A stretch of DNA of 49,628 nt, counting the filler, from Sphacelaria rigidula (taxonomy: Eukaryota): NCBI GenBank assembly GCA_964200075.2. It is 3 parts of 3 records of this genome, joined end to end, with 100 filler letters (N's around TTAATTAATTAA, not from the genome) between each part and the next. Parts side by side here need not be neighbours in the genome. Positions count along the whole stretch, not along the records: positions 1 to 16,476 come from CAXNAA020001342.1; positions 16,577 to 33,052 come from CAXNAA020001343.1; 1 more part is not named here. The stretch is one strand, 5' to 3'. Shown one piece after another: positions 12,301-22,350 of the stretch. The position numbers and the translations under genes are program-made. How positions within the stretch are numbered: position 1 is the first letter of the stretch; each line of letters begins with the position of its first letter. The notes below the pieces were generated by a model. That model searched no databases. It was not told the origin of the DNA and saw only the letters and a program-made list of their open reading frames with translations.

Positions 12301-13532
12301 TTGAACACGGGGCGGGCAACCAAGATGCCGCTGCCAGCTTTCCACCGACAACGCCGGCAGTAAATCCTACTTCCGGCTGCGAACACTCGCATGAGGGCAG
12401 GTACCCAAGCTCGGGACATCAACAAGACAGCCCCTGCTGCAAGCGTCACAACTTGCCCGGGTGTTTGCTTTGTCGCGGTTCGAATCGTCCCTCAAAAGTC
12501 ATCATTTGTCGAAGTCCGGCTGCGGTTACTTGCGCGTCCGAACGGGAACGATCACTGCCCACTGAAGCCCACCCCAAGTCCTTTTCACCTGCCCAGATTT
12601 TATCTCGTGTCCACAAGTCGTCAGCCTCTTCGCCACAGCTTAGCTTCACCGATTCTCGCGCAGCCGGAATTTCTAGTGTATGGTCTATGTCGGATGGTTC
12701 CGGTATTTTGCAAGGCAATACAAACGAGAGTCGACCGTCCCATGTTAACGCCGGTTTCGTCAACTACTCACCACCGGCTGACGCAGTTTATTCGTCATCG
12801 CCAATAACGCGAGTTGGCAGACCAGTTCACGATGCTGCCCGCGGAGGACCCCAATCTTTCGGCAATGCTAACACCAGCTCTTTGTTGCCAACTGCGGCCT
12901 ACACTGTCCCTCCCGTCGACGGTTACCAATGTACACAGAGAAGTCACAACACTGAAAATCATGGCGTCACCTCTGAAGTCTCTCGCCACCTACACCAATA
13001 TTCCACGATTGCAACACATCGACTCACCGGCGGCGGCGGCGGCGGCGTATGGAGTGGCTCCGAGGCACCAACAGTGCAATCTGCCATAGTGACCAACGTA
13101 GGAGGCCATCTGGGTCAGTGCTGCGATCCATTCACAGGAAAAGAAGACCTTCGTGAAACCGTGTTCAGAGCCAAGAAGAACCGGCAAGGTGGGGACAGTA
13201 TAACGACGACAACGACGACGACTGCCACAGGTAGACCCGCTGGGCGAGCAGCTCGTGGAGCTGTTGGTCGAAAATCATTCACAAATGGCCCTCAGGCATC
13301 GAAAAACGACCGTGCATCGTCGAGATTCACAGATGGCCAGCCTTCAAAGGTCATTGTGGATGATGGCAGTAGGCTTGGACGAAACCGGACGGTCGCTGCT
13401 TTGCCGGTTGAACGACGCTGGCGAAGGGATGGTGGCGCTCTCGCGGACACTGTTGTAAGCAGGGTGCGCGCCCGGTATAAAGGGGGCGGGAGCGTGGGGG
13501 CGACTGTGTTGGCCTGGCCAAGACGACGATGA
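3397..13532 (+). CDS. Kinesin motor protein with SH3 domain and long low-complexity tail, about 2202 aa. Exons 3397-3803, 4662-5616, 5942-6193, 6685-7213, 7489-7654, 8609-8681, 8906-10243, 10644-13532
   Basis: Kinesin motifs occur in order: RIQVVVRIRP, IFAYGQTGSGKTYTM (P-loop), FSYME|VYNGRVYDLL, NATSSRSH (switch I), LSLVDLAGSEK (switch II), INSSLSAL, HVPFRDNSLTR|LLQD, EESISTLNFAAR. SH3: VLYDLNGEQEGDLDLSSGDTVE|VLSRRPDGWWYG...GLFPSNFVE. All 7 introns are GT-AG and phase-consistent; the summed CDS of 6609 nt is divisible by 3. The start could instead be ATG 3448. Confidence 0.93.
4984..5037 (+). repeat. CAG/CAA trinucleotide tract encoding poly-Q inside the kinesin motor domain
   Basis: cagcaacagcaacaacagcagtaccaacagcaacaacag... 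translates as QQQQQQQYQQQQQLRQQQ. Confidence 0.85.
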
Positions 13533-15829
13533 CCCACCTCTGCCATCGCCGTTTTCCGCCGGTGAAATTGATCGCTTTCATCGTACAGCAGACATGTGTC
13601 GCGTATGTGTAGTAAATACAGTGACGATCCGTTTGACGTGTGCTCCCACTTGGATTATTGTATGTTTGTATACCCTCTTGCTGTGTTTTAGATACTCTTT
13701 GGTATCCATAAGTTAAATACAGAAGCTATGCGTTATTTCGGATATCCGTGTGGTGTCACAAATAGGCAACGTTTTTCACCAGAAATATGACCACCTCTTT
13801 TATGGAAAATGTAGGAACACAAGCGTGTGTTGGACGTCTTTTTCGGTCCTTCGGCGGCATTTTTCGGATCAGACTGTGTCACCTCGGAATGACTAGGCCC
13901 ATTGTGTAAAACGATTCCAACACATTTGGTAATGTGTGATGTGTGCTGTTTCATCTCGGGTCGAGAAAGGCGCGACCATGCGGATAACCCTTGCGACAGT
14001 TGACTTTTAGCAGACTCTTGTCAGGTTTTAAGGTTCGTCCGTAAAATGTTTGGGTCCTAGGTCAAGGTGCGTGCACGGTAAATCGCCCAGGTGTGCCGCA
14101 AATGAGTCAGACAGGAGAGCTAGTCATCCTCGAGTGGCATAACCTGTGGACCGTTGTTTTTCAACGCGTAGTCAATAAGTCGCAAGCTGTAGTAACTTTT
14201 CAGACATCTTCTCTGCTCCAGTAAGAAAGGCTAGGTTATCTTACCCGTTTGTCATCCAATGAGATGAACACTCTCGCAGGTTCTCTGCTGCACCTGTGGC
14301 CACAGAGGTATCCTGCGGGATTTTGTGCATGTGCGTGATTTTGTCCCGACGACGGCGTCACACAGCTGAAACTCGTGCAATAGCGAAAACTAGAAATCCG
14401 CTTCACATATGAGAATCATGGGTAAGGGTCGTATCTAGCACCCACTACATCTTATCATTTGATCATCAGTTTCTCAGGTGTTGTGCAAGCCAACATCATC
14501 AGGTCTCGGGAACTGTCCAAAGCGACAATATGATATGCACTATAAAATTTTGATCCGATGAAAAGGAACGCCCGGGTTTCCGATTCTCTATATATTACGC
14601 CTTGCTGGGACAGGATCGCAAAATGCGACCTTTTGACACATTATTTTCGTAGAAGCTGAGCCGGCCAAGGACCCAGTATTGTGGCAGATTGTCATATCTT
14701 TCGCACGGTACTGTCCGAGAAAGTGGAGGGTATCGTCGTATTTGGCTAGTTGAGGACGTCATCCTCAGCAATCCGGCCTGCGGATGCGCTAAGAACAGCC
14801 TGGATTCGTTTTTGAGGTTCAACATTTGGGTGACGTTGAAGAGGCCATAGAAATTTCATTTGTTTCGTTAAAAAGGCTCGGCATTCGTAAGCGGTTTCGA
14901 CCATGTAACCCTAACCCAGAAGTTTTTGCACGGCAGCGCAAGCATGATGACGGGCAGTCCAACAGAAAAACCGCCGTCATTGTGCAGCATCATTTGAGCA
15001 GGACCTGGGTCTAAGCGCTACGGAACACGTAACAAAGCAGGCTAAAAACATAATTCTTTGTACTAGTCATCGAGTTTTCGAGCACCTTTTGTTGAGTATC
15101 TGAGAGAGATTTCATACTGTTGCGCCGGCGACGACTGCCGTCAGCGGAACGATCCAATGCGGCGACAGACGCCAGCGATCTTTGAGACACAGCATCATTC
15201 AGCAGTCTGCTGAGATATACCAGCACACCAGCGTACAGCATCACTACAGTAAAGTCGTTAGTTGGATAAAATGGATGCCCCACAATAAAGCTGCACACAC
15301 ACACACAACGGGGGCAAGGGTAAGTCCCACACTTGGGATTGTTTCGCCAGTAGCGTCCATGCGAGGCGCTTCATCCAGTCTGAACCAGCTATCATGCCTT
15401 GTATGGCCACTTCCGCCGTGGCTGTGTTGAAAACCGGTTTCGCGGTGGGGTGTGAAAGGATACTACTGAAGTGCAACGCGCTTGCAAAATCCGAGCCGTT
15501 TTTTTTAATTAGAACCCGCATCAGCTGCAGTTTGAATATCCCTTCTGACGGTCCCAAACGGGGTCTGAACTAGCGACGGAAAGTGCTAGCACTCTCTCCC
15601 TCAGATAGGATTTGTGATACTCTCAGGGGTAGGATTAGACCCGAGGGGAAGTCCTGAAATAACGGGTGGTTTTCTTGGAAAGCAGTCATTTATTGTAACG
15701 GGTATAAAGCGTTCAAGCAAGGGAATTTCAATTTTAAACAGGGGAAGATGTACTACGATACCCCTGAATACTATTCTACATGTTTCATTCCGAGCGATGT
15801 TCCCCAAATACCCCCACAGTTGTTTTTTG

Positions 15830-16170
15830 GATAGATTGGGTACAGCCTCAAACACTCTACCCAGATATTTCGTGAGCACTCTCAGCAATACCTGCGTTTT
15901 GGGCAGGTTGGGTACGGCCTCAAATACTGTACCCAATTTCTGGGTTGGTGAAGTACGATGTCGAATACTATACCCAATTTTTGGGTAGATTAGGTACAGC
16001 CTCATGTACTTTACCCAAATATTGGGTGAGGACTCTCGCAAACCTCAGGTATGACCAAAAATACTCCACCGAAATGTTTGAAACGTTTTGGGTACGACTT
16101 CAATTCTCGACCCCAATATGTGGGTACGAAGAGTATTTTTTTTTCAAAGATTGAGTATTGGGTATACCGT
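15830..16170. repeat. Degenerate ~38-bp tandem minisatellite with internal TACCCAA...TTGGGT dyads
   Basis: Units like gggtacggcctcaaatactgtacccaatttctgggttggt recur. A related array lies at 41280-41480. Confidence 0.7.
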
Positions 16171-16379
16171 GCCCGACCGGCCCTTGAAGTGCTTTTCAAA
16201 CTTACACTCAAATCCCGCAGAAATAGGTAACTCCCAGATTTTTCCCGCTAAGCGCGGGACGTACCCTGGAAACGGTTACAATCCGGTGGGTGGATTCGTG
16301 TTCGAAGTATATCACGAATAAAGCAACGAACACGCTTCGGCCGTATAGTGCGTGTGAAAATAACACCAAGAGTCATTCG

Positions 16380-16476
16380 GTTTTCAGATCGGTTTCCTCC
16401 TCCGTCTTGAAACGGATGCGTGATCAATGGTGAGACGACTGAGGCAAGCAATAAATGAGTACCCCCCACCCCCCCC
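16380..16476 (+). mobile_element. Truncated LINE 3'-end fragment ending in poly(C)
   Basis: ccgtcttgaaacggatgcgtgatcaatggt...gcaagcaataaatgagtaccccccacccccccc matches the 3' end of the LINE at 43320-43560. Confidence 0.75.
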
Positions 16477-16576
16477 NNNNNNNNNNNNNNNNNNNNNNNN
16501 NNNNNNNNNNNNNNNNNNNNTTAATTAATTAANNNNNNNNNNNNNNNNNNNNNNNNNNNNNNNNNNNNNNNNNNNN
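16477..16576. other. Artificial contig linker (N44-TTAATTAATTAA-N44)
   Basis: 100-nt N spacer containing a six-frame stop; identical to 33053-33152. Confidence 0.97.
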
Positions 16577-16748
16577 TGCTGAACCCCTCCCCGGATAAAA
16601 GAAAAAAGCAAGCACCGCAGAAGGAAGGTGGGGTAAAAAAAAAAAAAAAACGTTCCGGTGTTGAACTTTCTCCTGTGTGACCCCGGCTGGTGCGCCCACA
16701 TATACCGAAAGATGTAGACCGGCGTCCAGAATAGACGGGACGACAACA
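16577..16748 (-). repeat. Interspersed repeat, same family as 32990-33052
   Basis: The reverse complement gtcgtcccgtctattctggacgccggtctac...tatgtgggcgcaccag aligns with gtcgtcccatctattctgggcgccagtctac...tatgtgggcgcatca. Confidence 0.75.
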
Positions 16749-16824
16749 CTGCTTCGCACTAGTGCCCTGTACTCAGTCGCCTGTTGACGTTGCCCATATG
16801 CTCCACGTACTTTGACAGACCCTT

Positions 16825-19800
16825 TTATCTGATGAGCCCCAACCCCGCCATCTTTTGTACCAGGATAAGCTGGGGTGGGCATCATGGTGATCAAGTGCAC
16901 GGAGCCGATCCGTGACAGCGCATAAAAGAGAAGGGAAGGCGAGCGTTACTTTATCGCATGCATGTCTACGTATCGCGTTGTCATTGTCAGTTCCTGCTGC
17001 CGCAATTAGGGTCAGGCGGATGATACTACTAGCGTAATTCAGGTCAGGACCTCGAAACGGTTTGTCGAGAGTACGACATACACTCCTTCTTTTTCTTCCC
17101 ATCCCCAGGAGACAAGTAGGAACTTTTACCATGCACTTTGCTATTTCTCATTTCGCACAGCGCTTTCGAGTGCGCTCCACGTCACCGCCGCTTCGAACTC
17201 AGCCCTCAAGCTGAACTGCCATGAAGACGGTCCGGTATACGGGTAGGCACCGAGGTGGCGATGCCCCCCCACCCAGGTAGTCTCGAACTTGGATGATACA
17301 TCACCTTAACCAAGCAAACCTCCTCGCAATGTCCCCCAGCTCGACTCTGTACACGAGTCACCCTACCCATCTGGGCGTTGGTCCTCAGTACGATACACGC
17401 TACGTAAGTTGACGAGTGTGTCACATGAATGGTAGGAAAACCGCATATTTTTCATACTGTGCGCGTACCAAACCAGCGTTTTGCTTATTTCGATCTTCAC
17501 TCGCAATTCCACTCCTGAAAATGAGAGGGGTATATCTCGATAACCACAGCAACATGTGGTTGAAGAAGCACGTCGTCATCGTCTCGAGCGACCTAGATTC
17601 TTGGAAGTGCGCCTCTCTGTGCGTGCTATGCTCTCTGACGTATTTTTCATCACGTGCAACCTGTCCGGGTGAATGTCCACTCGATCGGGAGAGCACAATA
17701 GCGCACGGTAACAGTGTCATGACGACAAGGAACATCAACCCGAGCTCCCAATATGCAAAAGTCTGCGCTCGCGTTACCCACGGTAATCAAACAACTACAA
17801 AAAATAAATCGTCCTGGTGCTACAAGGGCGATGAATACGTTCATCATGTGGAAATTAGCTCCTCGTCGAGCTGATGCTGTTTGCGAAGTGGTCAGTACTA
17901 GGGTTGCGTATAAATATGATGGTATGTATGGGCACCTCATTGTCACGCCGTATCCATTCAATAAGGTCACGCTTTTTCTTCCTATCTCTGGCGAACCCGA
18001 GGTCCAGACGTTGGCGTCGTAGCGAGTGGACAGGCGCAGACCGCAGAGTCGCGTTTCTTCGAGTTTCCTCCGCTTTTTCGTCGGCAACCATCTGTCGCAG
18101 TTGCCTACCGAGACATTCGTAAAGCGTGGGCATGCGAAACCAGGCGTAAGTCTTCAAAACGTTGACCATTAGGCTACGAGTACACGTGTTCGTCTTGATC
18201 ATCTTCTAACTTATTTTCCATCCGGTTTCCAGATCTCCTAGTTGTCGATCAACTTGTACTATATTCGAATTCGCCACCAACTGGAACCTGTAGGATGTAG
18301 CGTCTATCTCGGCGAAATACCTGAACGCACTCTTGCCTTTGAACACGTTAATCGATTCCTTTAACGGCTGCATTTTCATGACTGTGACATACGCTTGCAT
18401 GTCAGCAGATCCAAACTGTCATTTTCTATACCTTTAACTGAAAACATACATATCAACAATAATTCAACACCTGAGGTAGCGATCCCGTATCTCCTGAGCA
18501 TCGACCATCTTGTTCCACACCTCATCCGGCACAGACTCCGAAATCGTCGTGTAAGACAAGTCCGAGGTGAGAGCTGCGGGAGAACGGCGATTCGTATCAT
18601 TCACCTCCGACGACCACATGGCATCGCCGCAAAAGTCGGCAGTATCATCGTTTTTGTTTTTGACACTGTCGGGAATGTCGGGTTCGCCGAAGGTTTGCAC
18701 CGACCATTTCGGCACTGCCACTGTCGGGGCAGACGCCACGCGACCACCGGGCGACTTTGTGAACACTTGGCGACGGTGCTCTTGATCGGTCGTGCTCGGG
18801 CGAAGGCGCAATTGATTGGGTCGGGCTGCAGGGCGGGGACCGTCACTAGTGTGGGATTGACCCCTCGTGCCTTCACTCCGCCTTCCCGTTGACCGTTCCA
18901 TGCGAGCCTGTCCCCGTGGTTCTTGCGGGGGTGGTATCCAACATGGCGAGTGCAATCGCTCCCTTGGCCGCGGGGTCTGTGGCTCCTCGCTGTCTGAAAC
19001 AAAAAACGAGGAATGTGATAGCCCTACATCGCAGAACGCGTCATTTCCGATGAATGCTGCCTGTTCGTTGCCAGAGGCACAACGAGATGGTGCGTGCTTA
19101 GTCGTTGTCATAGGCGCGGCGGATCTTATTGTGGTTGGTGCAAACTCTGTCGTGGGTAATGAATCCGTCTTCAACAAATCGGATCTTGCCCACCGTTGTT
19201 CGCCGCTCCGCTGCTCATGACTATCAACGTTATTGTCATCGGACTCATCACTGTTCCGAGAGAGCTCTGTTCCAGGCTTGGACCTCTTCAAATCAAGATC
19301 CACCATGCCGTCGTTGCTCCGCGACGTGTCCGCCAATTCAGCCCTGAACTCCTCGTAGTGTGCCCGATCTTCATCTCCGCCACCTAAGCGGGCTGGCGGG
19401 GACGCCATCCTTGGCTGGAGCAAGGTGCCTTCATGTACTTCTCCTAAGGTTCTTTCCAATGACCGCCGGTATCTATCCCCGTCTCCATCGCCACGGCCGC
19501 AGTCGCAGCCGCGTGCCGCCATAGCAACAGTTTCCGCACTTGTTGTGGTGAGATCATAAGTCCATGTCGGCTGTCGTAGTTCGAGCCACTCCCCCGTCTC
19601 AGCGTCCCGTATGGCTTCCCACAAAAGTGGCGGTGGCGCCCTGGCTTCGTGTAGCGGGGTGGTGAAGGGTCGCTGTCGGACCAACGATGACGAATGACTC
19701 ACGTCGGCGCCCATAGACCCTACCGCCACTGAATCTGGCGATCGGTGTTGTTTTGACCGATGCTGCTGACCTTGGCGTCCATGCCGATGCGGACATGGAC

Positions 19801-21389
19801 ACGACGAGCCCGTTGTCTTCGACGATAAGGTGACTGCAGTGCTGCTGCTGCTGTCCTCAGCAGCGTGCTCGGAAGTTTGAGTGTTGTCGGTTGGGGAGGG
19901 AACAATGCTCAGGGAGGCTCGGCTTCCCGAAGTCTGTCCTGCGCTTGCAGGGTGTATTGGAATAATGCAGACGAATGACGAATGAACGGCAGGCATGGCG
20001 GAGAATTGGCTCGTTGGTGGTTTTCGACAGTCGTACTGTTAACGTCGAGCAATGCGCTTCGCTAATATACTATTTTCTGGGTCCCGCTCACGACAATCCC
20101 CTCTCTCCCGTTTGCAAGGTACGCTCTTAGCTATCAGTAAGGTGTTAGTGGAATAGTGCATTTAACGTGCCGCGCAGGAGTACCGCGCTGTACCGATTGC
20201 ACCTACCTCCATACGACAACATATGGACTAGTGCTTGCGGGGAAAACCGACGTTCTAACCTGATGGGCTGGATGACAAGCCATCGATCTACGGTGTTGAC
20301 AAAATACACTTTACCGACGGCACAGTCCGTGAATTCGACCACCGAACCGCACGTGGACACACCGAAGGTCTCCCGAGGCTGTTCGCCTTTGTGCGCAGAT
20401 GAGGACAGCGACTCCCATGTGTCTAGCGGCTCATTCAAGGCCTTCTTCTCTCCGCTCCGCCTTTTTCGTGTTGGTGACGGCATATGGAGTATCGCGGCAG
20501 CATCATCAAGGTAAACGGCAGAGTACGACGCAGACTACGATGGAAATAATAGTGGGATACGGGATACGAGTATAACAAGGAGCACTACCCAACGATATAT
20601 ATTCCTTGGTCGACGGCTCACACCATCTATGGCTCTTTGAAGCGGGGGGGCAAGTGAACAGGCATGACCCCACGCAGTGGATTTTTCTACTTTGATCAGA
20701 CTTTTTTGGGGTAGATTCCGGAAACTTGTCAGCCAAAGTGCAACGGCGCCCAACTAAGTGGCACGCGTTCGTTGGATCGGTCGAAATAAATTGACAATGG
20801 ATTCTGGTTGGTCAATAAAAATTGGTTTCGGATGTATCATCATTTATGGTGAGTAACGTTTTTCGCGGATTACGTCACCTCCGAAAACATTCCAAGAAAA
20901 CCTTCACTGAGAAAAATATACGATTTTTTTTCGGTCAACTGTTATTTCGGAGTCTCACAATGAAGGGATGCTGGATGATGATAGGTTGCTCGACATCTCT
21001 TGTCACGATACAGTATCATAATGTTGTGCGTGTAACTTGCCGAGCAATGCACAAGTATCTCATGTAGTTGTGTTTCTTGTGTGTCCGCAATAGCCACCAC
21101 CATACTTTCTAAACTGTGTGGACGCTGTACTCCCTCGAACTGACCTCGTTCGCTTTACTCGGACTACCTCTGCATTTCTGTCCCTTGCGGTCTTGACGTG
21201 CTCTGCTGACCGATCCGTGCCCCTGATGGAGCTTTCTCGCCTGGCCTGACGATGCTTCTCCGACCTGCGGATGCACTCGATGCTCTTGCATTGCTCCCCA
21301 TGGGAAACGACATCTCTTGTTCGAGCGCTCTCCACGGCTTTCCACCGTAATGGACGCCTGGGGCGTATTGCATGTGTTTGCGGTGGCAT
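16825..21389 (-). CDS. Uncharacterised protein, about 787 aa, low-complexity with a charged helical C-terminus. Exons 21389-21168, 20753-20622, 20534-20207, 19938-18471, 18104-17936, 16869-16825
   Basis: Built around the 510-aa ORF. GT-AG junctions are phase-consistent and the total of 2364 nt is divisible by 3. The last three exons join into EIRDRYLR|QLRQMVADEKAEETRR...DLIEWIRRDNE|LILVQKMAGLGLIR*. The two 5' exons are less certain; ATG 20483 is an alternative start. Confidence 0.7.
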
Positions 21390-21857
21390 TTGTGTCTTGA
21401 GGCAAGGGATACAGTAGCGATTTTGAAGTGCATGCTGTAGGGTGGTGGTGTCTGGCGTGCACGAGGCGACCTGCATTGAAATGGGAGGGATGCACCGTCA
21501 TTTCAGTACGTTTAGAGGTGGCTACAATGTGAACTACCATCGCAGGAAGATTTTGCACTTCGCATTTTCTTGAGAAAAGGCACAAGCGGAAGCTTCGTGC
21601 CGAACACATCGGCCAATCGTATTGAACGACAACAGTATAAGCACATAGACTACATATTCAGTACCATGCGTCATCGGCACGCGCTGGACAGGAAAAACTC
21701 CAAGAAAGTTAGTACAAGGGGACCTTATTAGGGTGAACAAGCCAATCGCACCCCCTACCCCGCCACCGCCTGGTCCGGCGAAAATCCGGCGTGCTCCGTC
21801 CCGCTTTGGTAAGGGCGGACTCCCGATGAGGTTGGCGTCGGTTGGCAATACATAGAC

Positions 21858-22350
21858 AAGCATTTTCTACAATAGCCCCCCCTCCCGAAACCAGCCCAAA
21901 ACTGTCACGAAAAAACAGTTATAAAGCGCCTGATGTTCGGGTTCAGGCGAAATGAAGCACCTCGTATGGGCAACATTGGCGAGAACGAACGCAAGCGTGG
22001 GAGTTCCCAGCTGCCCGTTGTGCTTGGCTTTGTCCATTTCGATTTACGTAAAGATTTTGCCTCCCCAAACCAGGGACTTTGGGGAGGGGGGGGGTAGTCA
22101 TTTGTTGCTCGCCTTAGTCGCTTGACCATTGACCACGCACCCCTTTCGAGACGGAGCACCGTTCCTACTCCTAATAGAAACACCTCCAACATTCCGGCGC
22201 TCATCACGTTTCTTCTGTACACTACACAAAACCTTTTACATACATCATCCCCGTCCTGTTTCGTCGTCTGTGGCCACCGTCTATATCCTAGTATAACCAT
22301 CGTTTTCTCAAGACTTTTTTTGGGGGGGGGGGGCTATCGTAGAAAGTGTC
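21858..22350. mobile_element. MITE (GACACTTTCTACGATA-type TIRs) carrying an inserted LINE 3' fragment (about 22085-22305)
   Basis: Inverted ends cattttctacaatagccccc and gggggctatcgtagaaagtgtc. The interior matches 46268-46525 and 47435-47731, and 22090-22305 matches LINE 43330-43550. Confidence 0.75.

Noticed and set aside
14590-15310. Possible extra exons downstream of the kinesin
   Set aside because: No motif and no phase-consistent gene model could be built.
15830-16170. CRISPR-like array (palindromic ~38-bp units)
   Set aside because: The units are degenerate and tandem with no unique spacers, no cas genes are present, and the context is eukaryotic.
16521-16532. TTAATTAATTAA palindrome as a biological site
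   Set aside because: It is a synthetic six-frame-stop linker embedded in Ns.
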